From contig OZ024744.1 in the NCBI GenBank assembly GCA_964016885.1, positions 36,270,001 to 36,334,000 on the forward strand: 64,000 bases of DNA, read 5' to 3'. Positions 40,459 through 53,000 of the stretch are shown here, piece by piece; position 1 is the stretch's first letter; each line of letters begins with the position of its first letter. Under the pieces are notes generated by a model that was not told the origin of the DNA, did not search any database, and saw only the letters and a list, made by a program, of their open reading frames with translations. Both the position numbers and the translations under genes were made by a program. The DNA is from Eledone cirrhosa. Lineage: Eukaryota.

Positions 40459-40942
40459 ATATATATATATATATGTAAGAGTTCTATTTAAATTGCTGGG
40501 ATACAACAAGCAAATATTTTTATAACTGATATAAAGCACTCAACAAATGGAAACTATATTTATAAAACCATATTTATTTCATTATACATATTTTAAGGAC
40601 ACGAAGTTAAATTAACTCCACTATCCGGGAGCTTCCAACAGTAATGGTTGCATTCTTTAAGGGTATGTCAATATTTATTTATAAAACTGATCTATATTAT
40701 ATTTTATCTGATGAAAGCACACCATAATTTAACTTGGTGTCCTTGAAATATGTATAATGAAATAAATATGGTTTTATAAATATAGTTTCCATTTGTTAAT
40801 ATCGTATTTTTACTCCAAATATTTGTTGAGTGCTTTATATCAGTTATAAATATATTTGCTTGTTGTATCCCAACAATTTAAATAGAACTCTTACATATAT
40901 TCTGCTCCTGTATTGTCGAGCGCTTTATATTATAACTGAAAA

Positions 40943-43145
40943 ATGGAATTCTTTAAGATCTCTTCTTCTCTAAAGGACATACCTTTACCTAGGAATAAAG
41001 ATTTTATTAAACAATTAATAGAAAAATCAGACTCTTTTATAAGAAGAATCAGGTGGCGTGCTTTCCAGTTCGATAAATCTAATCTAAATGAAAATGTCTC
41101 CAATCTGGATAAAATCTTCAAATCTAAAACAATTCCACCCCCCAACAAACTACTAATTGATTTTGAAAATGATATCATATCTATCATCCAAAGCATCAAA
41201 TTCAAAAACAACTTCAAAGGCCAGGATTACTTAAGAAATATTATAAATAATATTGAAAATTTGGAGAAAACGGAGAAAATTCTAGTCAAATCTGACAAAA
41301 CCAATAATCTTTACGGAATACAAAAGGACATTTATAACGATCTTATATTAAAGGAATTAAGGAAGAAATACAAAATAGCAAATAAAGACGACCTGGAAAA
41401 ATTGAATACAGATGCTTCTTATATAATGCATGAACTAGGCATTGAAAATAGGACACAACCCTTCATGCCAAGGAAACCTAAGATTAATATGAAGGATCAC
41501 AAAAGGAACTTCGAAACTGATTTACCAGTCAGATTAATTGCACCATCTAAATCTGACCTGGGCAGACTTCGCAAATATATTCTAGACAGAATAATACGAC
41601 AAATTAAGAATTTATCTTATTTAAAATTATGGAAAGGAACTAGTTAAGTTATCGATTGGTTTAAAGAAATTAAATATAACTATAATAATAAGTTTATTCA
41701 GTTGGATATTGCTAACTATTACTCATCTATCCCTCCTAATCTACTGAATAAAGCACTAACTTACGCATTTAAACATACAGACCTAACTAGCAATGATATT
41801 ATCGGCACGGAAAACATTAATAGAATTTAATAACCAACTCTGGACTAGGGCAGATAGAAGTAATAACTTTGATATAACTATGGGATCATCCGATTCCGCT
41901 CAGGTAACGGATCTTGTGGGCCTCTTTATAAATAATTCTCTACATAGGAAAATACCTGAGATAACCGGAGGTTTATATCGTGACGACATGCTTTTACTTA
42001 TAGAAAATAATAACTGTGAACTAAATAGAAAAAGAAAACAAATTATACAATTTTTTAATTACCTTAATCTAAAAGTAGAAATAGAGAATAACCATAAAAT
42101 GGTTAACTTTCTAGATGTAACACTAAATCTTAACACATGTCTTCATTATCCATTTCACAAACTAAATGAGAACTTAAACTACGTCAATTTTAACTCTAAT
42201 CACCCCAGATCCGTTAAAAATACTATAGTGAACTCTGTACAGGAACGAATTTCGAGAATTTCAGCTAATAAGAATATATTTGATGAAAAAGCACATTATT
42301 ACAACGAAGCGTTAGGTAGAGCTGGGTATAGAAATAAAATTAGATACATTGATAATAATAATAATATAACAATTAACCATAATCGTAGCAATTTTAACTA
42401 TTGTAACAATTTTAACAACTATAATAGAAAACCTTACATTAATTCCGAAAGCGGAAAAAGAAATAAAACTATGAACACATTATGGTTCACTCTTCCTTTC
42501 ACATTAAATATTGAAACCCATATTGCAAACTATTTTTTAAAGCTCTTGACAAATGCTTCCCTAGAACAGATAGATATTACTCAATTTTGAATAGAAATAC
42601 TATAAAATTAACTTATTCTTCCTCCAAAAATTTAGCGCAAAATATTAATAGAATTAATAATAGAAATTTAAAACCTACCCAAATTACCACTAATAACCCA
42701 AGCAATATCCAATTTGATAAATGTAACTGTAGAAATAAATCTAACTGTCCGTTAAATAACACTTGCTTAGCTAAAAATATAATATATAATTGTAATGTAA
42801 AAACTAATTTAAAATTCATTTAATTATGTGGGATCCAGTTCCACAGAGTTTAAATCCCGCTTCAATAATCATAAAAATTCTTTTACAGATCCAAACAAAA
42901 ATTCTTCAACTTCTCTATCTAGCCTATTATGGGACTTCAAACTAAAGAACGTTGAATATTCGTTGATTTGGAATATTATTTCATAAGCTACTCCTTTTAA
43001 CTCCTCTTCAGAAAATTGTGATCTTTGTATAGAGGAAATATTCTTTATATTAAAGACCAAAAATTCCCTGAACTTAAGGAATAATTTATTCAGTTGCTGT
43101 AGACATAGATTAAACTCAACGTTTAAATATAAATTTAAAATGTAA
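40943..43145 (+). pseudogene. PLE RT (YRDD) + GIY-YIG endonuclease, interrupted
   Basis: SLKDIPLP, VKSDKT, KDHK, VRLIAPSKSDLG, LDIANYY, MGSSDS, GLYRDD, FLDV, SNHP, CNC..C....C, IYNC, YVGS, CDLC..E. Confidence 0.9.
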
Positions 43146-44198
43146 TATATAATTAATTAATTAATTCTATTAATATATTGAACCTGTCGATAAATCATTA
43201 GATTCCTTCATCTTTTTTTACTGATTATACACTCAAGTAAAAATAACTTTTCTTCCTAAATATAAATAAATATAATAAACTATTCTAGAGAAATATACTG
43301 AGGGCTCTTGAAAGGAAAAAATATTTCTTATATTTTTTTATTTTTTATTGTTTGATAGTTTCTCCTATTTTCGAAAGTTTATCCTTTCAAAGTTTCTGTT
43401 TATTTCTCTTATGAATATAAAATTAAGTTAAATATACATAGAAAATTTCTATACTAAATCTATTAAACATACTATTATTTTGAAATTATAACTTGAAATA
43501 TTCTATAATATTTTAAAGTTATATTTTAAAAGTAATATTGCTTATAATTATATTTCCAAATCGTAATATAATTATTTAGTATATTATGTACTTCAATTAT
43601 ACTATGTACTGTATTTATATATACTTCTCTCTCTATATGTGTGTATATATGTATATGTATGTATTGACATACATGTACATATGTTCTATGCGTGTGTGTC
43701 TATCTGTATGTATATATACGTGATGCGTATCTATCTATTTGTGTGGGTACACACATATATATATATGAATATGTGAGAATTGTGTATGTACATGTGCGTG
43801 TATATCCATACCATTCGATTGCACTTATGTATAGTGATTATCCCAAGATTCGTGACAAATAGACATATAATAACAGCCATAAATACATAACAGGTAATCT
43901 TATAAAACTTATATAAAAAAAAAATTTGTTTAATAACATAAAGTGTGTATAACATAAAATTTCCTTTAATATCTTAACAATTGTAACATTGATATAACTA
44001 TATAACATAATTTTCCTTCTCTGATTTTATAAGATTCCTATATCTTAAATTAAAGAATTCTTTAAATTTTATATATATATACTATATACGTAGTTAGATA
44101 TATATATATATTTTTATAAGTGTGTATATGTATTTATATGTATGTATTTTTGCATGTGTATACGTGTTATGTAATATATGGATCTTTAACAATATAAT

Positions 44199-44368
44199 TG
44201 TTTCTACTTTAGGCACAAGACCAGCAATTACCCAGTGCATTACTGGTACTTCATTTTATCGACCCCGTAAGGATGAAAGGCAAAGTCAACTTTGAACTCA
44301 GATCGTAAAGGGACGTAACTATGCTGTAAAGCATGGCGTCCGACCCTCCACCGATACTGCCAATCCAC
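44199..44368 (-). mobile_element. Deu/Nin-domain SINE inserted in the PLE 3'UTR with an 18-bp TSD
   Basis: GATCTTTAACAATATAAT at 44181-44198 and 44369-44386. Minus strand TTTGCCTTTCATCCTTACGGGGTCGATAAAATGAAGTACCAG. Confidence 0.85.
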
Positions 44369-44954
44369 GATCTTTAACAATATAATAATATATAGATTTC
44401 TTAATATATAGATCCCAATTTTTAATATATTGATCTCAATATTTAACTGATTAACTAACAATATTTAACTGATTAACTAAACAATGGTTAAATTTCTCAT
44501 ATTATATATGTATATTCCATTCATGATTATTAACATTTCTAATTTTATTTATTCATTTCATCTCAATTGTTAAGATAACTCAACAAGATATGACTTAGAG
44601 TTTTTTGTTCTCTCTCATTTCTCTGTCTCCTCTCTCTCTCTATCTTTCTCTCTCTGTTGTTCTGCTCTTTCTCTCTCTTTCCTTCTCTATCTTTCTCTTT
44701 CTCAGTAAAATTTTTAAAATATCCAATACTAATAATATAATTAAAGCTACAACTCCACTATCCGGGAGCTTCCAACAGTAATGGTTGCATTCTTTAAGGG
44801 TATGTCAATATTTATTTATAAAACTGATCTATATTATATTTTATCTGATGAAAGCACGCCATAATTTAACTTGGTGTCCTTGAAATATGTATAATGAAAT
44901 AAATATGGTTTTATAAATATAGTTTTCATTTGTTAATATCGTATATATATATTT

Positions 44955-45173
44955 TAACGATCGACTTTCGTCAAATCGGACCGAGGAAACAATGTTTCAA
45001 TCGGTCTTTCCAATTGCTAATACTATCTATCGGTCGCAACTCCAGGTAGAAGGAGCAACGTGGAAGAAAGTGTTTTGCTCAAGGACATAACGCATCACCT
45101 GCTCCAGGAATTGAACTCACAACCTCACGATTGCGAATCCAATTCCCTAACCACTCAGCCACACGTCTTCACC
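44955..45173 (-). mobile_element. tRNA-derived SINE (CORE-like)
   Basis: Reverse complement is collinear with 33263-33480. Confidence 0.85.
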
Positions 45174-45174
45174 A

Positions 45175-45539
<365 letters not shown>

Positions 45540-45550
45540 TAAATTAGAAC

Positions 45551-46322
45551 CAAAGCGAAACAAGTCTTGTCGGCTTATCTCCCCTGTTTGCTGAGATCAA
45601 AGTGAGTGAATTTGTCACTACTTTAAAACAATAGCTTACGGTCTTCAAAATGCTTTTAATTAAGCATAAAGTGTATTGCAAAATACATTATATATACATC
45701 CATATATATATATTGCTATTTCAGAGCTCCAATTCTAATTTTTAATTTCTGCCTGACCAACAACCGCTCTGCATAATCAGCTCCTGATTATTTACTAGAT
45801 TTCTATAAGAATATAACATCAATGATCTCAGTAGACAGGTGGGGTAGTTGGCCTTGATAAGCTTCAACGAAAGCGGAACAAGTCTTGTCGGCTTATCTCC
45901 CGTGTTTGCTGAGATCAAAGTGAGTGAATTTGTCACTACTTTAAAACAATAGCTTACGGTCTTCAAAATGCTTTTAATTAAGCATAAAGTGTATTGCAAA
46001 ATACATTATATATACATCCATATATATATTGCTATTTCAGAGCTCCAATTCTAATTTTTAATTTCTGCCTGACCAGGAACCGCTCTGCATAATCAGCTCC
46101 TGATTATTTACTAGATTTCTATAAGAATATAGCATCAATGATCTCAGTAGACAGGTGGGGTAGTTGGCCTTGATAAGCTTCAACGAAAGCGAAACAAGTC
46201 TTGTCCGCTTATCTCCCGTGTTTGCTGAGATCAAAGTGAGTGAATTTGTCACTACTTTAAAACAATAGCTTACGGTCTTCAAAATGCTTTTAATTAAGCA
46301 TAAAGTGTATTGCAAAATACAT

Positions 46323-46330
<8 letters not shown>
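45551..46330 (+). repeat. ~316-bp tandem repeat x~2.5, one U3-A8 hammerhead per monomer (retrozyme-like, family A)
   Basis: Identical blocks spaced ~316 bp apart. GGCC-TTGATAA-GCTT caacga AAGC-G(A/G)A-ACAAGTCTTGT-C-(G/C)GCT at 45850-45893 and 46166-46209, plus a 3' half at 45551-45575. Confidence 0.85.
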
Positions 46331-46391
<61 letters not shown>

Positions 46392-46554
46392 GGATTAACA
46401 AATAATAGTTAAATGTAGTCCACTTAGGTGAAGTCCAGTTATGGTATTCCAGGTAGTGGATGATATTAATGCTTGGCTTGGTTTGACTCAACAAGGCGTT
46501 TTCATAGTGATGCTGCGGGTATGCTGTAATTCCTATGTTGTAAACACTTGGAGT

Positions 46555-46810
46555 AATAATAAATCAGGAAAGAAGGTTTACATGGTTTGCTATACAAAAA
46601 AGTTTTTAATCACATAGCTTACATTTGTTTCACTGAACTGGTCTGTCTAGAGATCTGACTGGTTATAATTCTGTATTGGCGATCGAGTGACGCAAAATTA
46701 GGCGGATAGCGATCTCTAGACAGACCAGTTCAGTGAAACAAATGTAAGCTATGTGATTAAAAACTTTTTTGTATAGCAAACCATGTAAACCTTCTTTCCT
46801 GATTTATTAT
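46555..46810. repeat. Perfect ~100-bp inverted repeat with 55-bp spacer (probable PLE pLTR end)
   Basis: 46555-46655 versus 46711-46810. The right arm has GAAAC-AAAT-GTA, like a hammerhead 3' half. Confidence 0.85.
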
Positions 46811-46825
46811 ATATATATATATATG

Positions 46826-47102
46826 CCGTATTATATTCGTTTTTTCCCGTTCTTTGCCAGGGAACCAAAGTATCGTCTTCCTGTCTTCCTCCGGTTGCAA
46901 CGTTTTTTGAAATATCCACTTCTGCATTTACAGATTGACTTTGTTAGTTGCAGAAGATCCCGTTAAGGGTGAAAGCACCGATTCTTTGCTTAAACTTTAA
47001 TCTGCTACTTTAATAAATATTTGCTCTACGGTTCTTATATATTTGATATATATATTCCTTATCGAGCCCTCTTTGGATTTTAGTCTTCAAATTTATTATT
47101 AT

Positions 47103-47105
<3 letters not shown>
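46826..47105 (+). mobile_element. Solo pLTR of PLE family C with A4 hammerhead-like motif
   Basis: Collinear with the reverse complement of 57540-57830 and with 60555-60760. Confidence 0.82.
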
Positions 47106-47169
<64 letters not shown>

Positions 47170-49083
47170 GGAAAAATTTGAACAGGGACAAAACAGAGAG
47201 GCAGTACAACAAATGTTTCTTAATTTCACGCTCTGGAGAGTGGGGTGTTGGTGGGGGACGACGTTTCGGGCATAATCCCTTCCTCAGGTGCGAAGTGTGT
47301 GGGAACAGAGTTCAAAGGGTGTGTAGGGGAGTGGTGGAGAGACATCTAGCGAAAGGAAACGGTGCGAATGAAAAAATAAAAAATAAAGATAAAAATAAAA
47401 ATAAAGCATGATCAAAATACAAGGAATGAGATAAATTTAAAAATAAAGGCATGATCAAAATAAACTGAAATTAAAAGGGGGTTAAACAGGTGGTGGAAGG
47501 GTGTGGGGTGTGTATGGGTGGTGGCGGGTGGAGTGGGGAGAGGGAGACGGGGTGTCCGAGCGGGGAGGGCTGAAGGTGGTGTGTGTGTGTAGGTGTGCGT
47601 GTGTGTGTGTGTGTGTGTATGTGAAAGTAAGGGTTGGGGGAAGAACGGGGTTGCATGTTCAGAAAGAGGTGTGTGTGGGGTGGGAAGTTTGTGGGTCGGA
47701 GTGTCTGTGGGTGTGTGGATAGAGGGGTGGGGGGAGAGGAATCAGGAGGCTGAGGGTGTAGATATGTGGTGAAAAGCACGTGTGTGGGGTTTAAGCGTGT
47801 TGTGGGTGTAGGTGGCGTGTGGAGAAAAAAATGTTTTTTGGGGTGTGTGTGTGGGTGAGTTATATAGGTGATTACGTAAGAGGATGGTTGAAAAGTTGGT
47901 AAAGTCCGAAGATGTATAGTGGATCGGTGGCTGGTCAATTTCTGCGTGTGGGTATTCCATGAAGCGATGGTCGGAAGAGGAGAGATGTGGGGTGCGCGCG
48001 CAACAGGAAGTGGTCAGCAGTGGGAGTGCTGTGGTCTGTTTGTGCTGGGAGGTGGTCAGAGGGCATAGCAGCAGTCGGTGGACTGGTAAAGGGGCGAGGA
48101 TGGGTAGGTGTGAAAGTTGGAGTGAGGAGGGTGTGTGTGTGTGAGTATTAGTAGGGGTGTTAGTGGGATGAGTGAGTGTTGAGCGAGGGTGTGGGTGGAG
48201 CGGGGAGAGAAGGGTGTGTGTGGTTCTATGGAGGGAGTGTGGTGTACTGGTGTGTGTGTAGTTTGATGAAGAGGTGTTAGTGGGTGTTAGTATACGGGAG
48301 GTGGGGAGGGGTTGAATGCAGGTGTGAGTGGGGCTTAGTGGTGGTAGGGTGTGTATAGTTGGTGGTGTACGAGTGTGTGTGGGTACGCGTGCGTGGGGTT
48401 GGGGGGTGTTAGTGATGTTAGTTGCGGGTGGGGTGGGTGGTGTAAGTGGGTGCGTGTGTTCGTGTGCTTGGGGTTAGGGGGTGTTAGTGAGGTTAGTTGC
48501 GGGGTGGTGGGATGGAGGTGTGATGTGAGAGGTGTGGGGGTGAGGGTTAGTGGTGGTAGTAGGGTGTGTGTTTAGTGTGAGCGCGTGTATATATGTGCCG
48601 GTGGGTGTGTGCGTGTGATAAGGAGGGAGGGGGAGGAGGAGAAGAGGGGTGGGAAGGGATGTTAGTATGTTAGTTGGGGAAGGGTGGTCAGATGAGGGGT
48701 GGAGTCGAGGTGTTAGTATTGTTAGTTGTGGGGTGGGCGGTGAAAAGGAGGGTTGTGTTAGCGGTGTTAGTGGGGGATAAGTGTGGGGGAGGGGGGGGCG
48801 GTCGAAGGCTAAAGGAATAAGGGTGGGGAGTTCAGGCCGGGGGGAGTGTGGGTCTGTAAGATGAAGATAGTTCGTTGTTCGACCGTAAGGCGATTGGCGG
48901 GGGTTCCGTGGCACTGGAGTAGGCCACAGACTGTCAGATGGCGTGCGGATTGTCCAGGGCCACCAAAGTGGCGGGCGATGGGGGAACTGCCCCCGAGACG
49001 AATATCCCGGAGGTGCTCCGTGACTCGGTCCGCCAGGCGACGTCCCGTCTGTCCGACATAAGTCGCGGTGAACTCCGTGCAGC
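47170..49083 (-). mobile_element. Neptune/Poseidon-type PLE 3' fragment: GIY-YIG end, long C/A-rich 3'UTR, HHR
   Basis: 48809-49083 minus (no ATG, so absent from the ORF track): CTEFTATYVGQTGRRLADRVTEHLRDI...PIARHF...RLTVEQRTIFILQTHTPPGLN. CTGAGGA-AGGGATTATGCCC-GAAACGTC at 47256-47290. Confidence 0.82.
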
Positions 49084-49084
49084 G

Positions 49085-49496
49085 AAAAAAGATGGTTAAA
49101 AGAGTTCCATGTATTTTATTATGCGCATTTCAAAAACAAATATCATAATGCAATAACATTTGTGTTTTCATCAGATAAAATAGGAAGACATGATATGAAG
49201 GTTAAAAACACTTGTGGGTAGTGCAGTTTTAAATCAACATATGTTGATTTAAAACTGCACTATCCACAAGTGCTTTTAACCTTCATATCATGTCTTCCTA
49301 TTTTATCTGATGAAAACACAAATGTTATTGCATGATGAACTTTGTTTTTGAAATGCGCATAATAAAATACATGGAACTCTTTTAACTATCTTTTGATCTT
49401 ATATATTATGTATACTCCAGTCCTACAAACTGTAGAGTGCTTCTTGTACGATATTTGCATTGCTTTATTGTACTACAATAAAACTCACCTCCTACA

Positions 49497-49497
<1 letters not shown>
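49085..49497. mobile_element. Family D pLTR as a spacer-less palindrome (centre 49240/49241) with two hammerheads
   Basis: ...AAATCAACAT|ATGTTGATTT... with ~155-bp arms. HHR 49299-49369: TATTTTAT-CTGATGA-...-GAA-ATGCGCAT-A-ATAAAATA. Confidence 0.88.
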
Positions 49498-49536
<39 letters not shown>

Positions 49537-49540
49537 TATG

Positions 49541-49571
<31 letters not shown>

Positions 49572-49740
49572 TTATACTTTGGGAGGGTCATGTTGCCAAT
49601 AAGAAACACACGCACCAGTTGCTTTCACTTCAATTTATTATATATTTATAAATTTATAAATTTACAAATCTACAAACTTACAAATTATAAATTTCTGGTT
49701 GGTTGGTTGGTTCCACAACCAGATAGTTGTTTATATATAT

Positions 49741-49785
49741 AGTCATAGTCCTTTCGTCACACACTCTGTGACCTCTTCAGTGACT
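49741..49785 (-). ncRNA. Minimal type I hammerhead ribozyme in the Naiad 3'UTR
   Basis: AGTCA-CTGAAGA-G GTCAC agagtgt GTGAC-GAA-AGGACT-A-TGACT. Confidence 0.8.
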
Positions 49786-50038
49786 GGGGATTCCTTTCTT
49801 CGTTTCTGTGCTTTTTCTTTCTTCTATCCTACGCCATTTTGTTTCTGTGTGTGTGTTGTGTGCTCAGTTTGCGCATGTGCCACATCCGGGTGTCTGTGTG
49901 TTTGTGTTCATTTTTCTATTTGTTTATTTATTTATTGTTGGTTGGTTGTTTGTTCTATGTGTGTGTGTGTTTTCATTTTGTGTGTGTTTTCAATTGTAAG
50001 TTGTTTGTTCTATGTGTGTGTGTGTTTTCATTTTGTCC

Positions 50039-53000
50039 TTAATTGTAAGTTGTGATGTTGCTGTTCCACTCATATTTTCTATTTAATTTTGGTTTTAATT
50101 CTTTTATGCTTACTGCCTCTGTAATTTGCCTAAACATTGCGTCTTTTCTGTGTGTGGATTCTATTTTTATTTCTATGCTCTCTAATCTACCCCTGTGTTC
50201 TATCTTTGCATGTTGGTAGAGCACAGATGATTCTTTATTATCTTGGAGGTCTCGCCAGTGTTCATTTATTCCCCTATACTACGAGCTGTCTCACCTATGT
50301 ACACTATATTTTTGTTTCTACATTGTCCTTCAGCACATCTTATGCTATACACTACATTTCTAGTTTTACAGTTAATATGGGGGCTTATTTTACAGGTTAT
50401 ACATTTCTTATCTATACATGAGGGTCTTTGGAACGGGTATGTCTTGCTAATAAGTGTTTTTACGGAGGTACCAGGTCTTTCTACTATCTTAATATTGAGA
50501 TTATGTTTATTTAGGGCCCTTCTAAATTTGTAGGCTAGTTCGCCTCTAGGGGTTGTATTGATGAACATTACACTCTGGTATTTATTGCTATCATACCATG
50601 AGTTTATTCTATTGGCCTTGTTCCTAGTTCTTTCTATTCTATTCCAAAATTTGCTCCTATACAAGGGGCAGGTTCTATTTATGTCATTATTTACCATTTT
50701 TTCCCATTTGGTTCTGGCTCCTTTATACACTCTGATTCTATCTCTCTGATTATAGCCAGAGAACTGCATACGGTGGATGAAGTGTTGTATGTGTCTCTCT
50801 AGTTCTTCGGGGTTGCACATGCGGGACACATTTCTCATCACCCGTACCAAATCCGCAATCAGTATGTTGATTTTGGTATGGTCCGAAACGGCCGAGTTTC
50901 GGTGGATCAGATGTTTGGAAGTCATGGGTTTGGCATAATGGGAATGGAGGATTTGTTTTTGGTTGTTAATGGTATCTAACCAGAGCTCTGTGTCTAGTAC
51001 AGGTAATCGATGGTTGGGATGTCTACTTGGGTAGTCTATAGTAACTCTAATGCTCTGGTGGATGGAGTTTGCTATTTGCTGGATGCTTTCCATTGTGTTT
51101 TTCTCTAGTTCCTGACTGTTCTTTAGTGGGGGTGTCTTAACTACGATGTTTATATCATCTACGTAGCGGGAGTACATTATCAGGGTTAAGCTGTCTTCTA
51201 ATTGTTCATTAAGTTTTTGTTTTAGTCTACTGTCCCACCATACCATGAATAAGTTAGCTATGTCGCCTGCAATGCTAACACCAATGGCTGCTCCTTCCTC
51301 TTGGGCATATGTTTTACCATTAAATTTGAACATATGTTCCTTAAGGGTTAATTTTATGCTGGCCCCTACCGCATGTGCAATCATTTTCTTCAGTTCATCG
51401 TGGTTTTCGGGTGTCCGTATGGCTCTCGTCCACCCGTTCCATCTATCTGTGTGGGTTTTCTTGGCCATTGAGGTAAAGGTAGGTGGTCTGCCTCTTGCTG
51501 GTCTTGTAGGGCACAGGTTGCTAAGGTCATAAGTGACTAGGTAACTATTACTATGGGTAAGCTTAAGTAGAAGTCCCAGCTCACTGGTATCAATCCCACG
51601 GAACTCAACCTTGCTCTCGCTGATCATTTCTACGCATTTCTCCACAGCAAAATCCACGTCAATAGATGGGTACAGGGACACAACATCCATACTGCCTATT
51701 ATGCAGTTTGTTAGGTCCCCAGATCGGTTTCCCGCGCCGATTCTGCTGAGGAGGTCCTCCGTGCTGTCACACACATCTGGGGACATCTCAATGATGGGGC
51801 GTATGATCAGGGAGAGGAAGTAGGACAGTCTGTAGTTACTAGCAATGTTAGCCCCACAGACTGGTCGTGTTGGTGGTCCCGTGACAGGGTCCCAGCCCGT
51901 TTTATGGTCTTTTCGAAGCCCATACAACGCCGGCACGTCATTGTTCCAGGCCTGGAAGTTGTTGGCAGTCCTTTTGTTGGGCTGCATTATATTTGTCCAC
52001 ATCACCATATGGGCATTGAGGGCTTTTTCTCTATCCTCATGCTCCTGTGGTGTTACCTCTCTTGTGTTAGTGATGTGGGGTTGCATTGCCTGGATGTAGT
52101 TTGGCAGGCTGTCAACCGACATTCTGCCAGATTTGTCTGTTGGAAAACATGCTATCTCTCCATTACGCAAGCGCTGCATGAGCTTACGCAAGCCATTTGC
52201 AGATTCTTCTCCCAGTTGCTGGGCCTCTATTCTATTATGCTTCTTGCTATACTGTTCTATAATATTTCTAAGTTCGGATTTAGCTATACTAAATTGTGCT
52301 TCTGTTTGTTCATCGACCTGCGACGGCAACTGCGTGCGTTTGTTAAATGGCAAAGTCGTGGCGTGGACTCGTCGTAGGTCGAATGATTTATCGGAGGGGT
52401 TATAAAACGGAGAGTTCCAGGCTGCTGCTTTATGTGTACTAGTGCTATTATTATTGTTAGTTGTGTTATTTCTATTTCTATTTCCACCAGCAGCCTCAGC
52501 TTCATGGTTGTTTCTCTGTCTCTCATAATTACTCCTGTCTCTTTCCACTGGCTCAATGTTGTTATCTACCCTATTTTGTGTGTCTGTGTGTTCGTCTTGG
52601 TTATTCTCTTTGTCCTTAGTCTCCCATCTCCTTTTCTTTTTAATCCTATTACTTTCTCTTATTTCTCTGATTTCTGTGCTACTGTCATTACTTGTTTTCT
52701 GTGTCTGTGTGTTTGTTAAGATTGTGGTGGTGTTGAGAGGCATTGAATGCGTGTGTGTTGTTGTTGTTGATGTGTGTTGTTGTTGATGTGTTTTGTTGTT
52801 GTCTCCGTGTGTGTGTGTGTTATCGTTGTTGCGTGTGTTGTTATTGTTGTTTGTGTCTGCGTGTCTGTTGTTGTTGTATCTGGGTATGTTGCTATTGTTG
52901 TTGATGTGTGTGTTGTTGTTATTGTTGTCTCCGTGTGTGTTATCGTTGCTGTGTGTGTTGTTATTGTTGTTTGTGTCTGCGTGTCTGTTGTTGTTGTATC

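Larger units (their letters stand above)
40475..44943 (+). mobile_element. Near-complete Penelope-like element (family E): inverted pLTR piece, pLTR, RT-GIY-YIG ORF, 3'UTR, direct pLTR
   Basis: Direct repeat ~40612-40805/44751-44943, each with CTGATGA...GAAA. 40475-40612 is the inverse of ~40724-40897. The ORF lies between. Confidence 0.9.

Noticed and set aside
47470-48830. True interstitial telomere array
   Set aside because: No tandem (TTAGGG)n. Only scattered degenerate motifs inside a PLE 3'UTR.
50266-50460. Selenocysteine recoding in the Naiad GIY-YIG region, as reported for some Naiad elements
   Set aside because: All zinc-finger cysteines are normal Cys codons. The ORF ends at a TAA produced by a small frameshift, and the 27.1-kb copy shows the continuing ...NEHWRDLQD frame.
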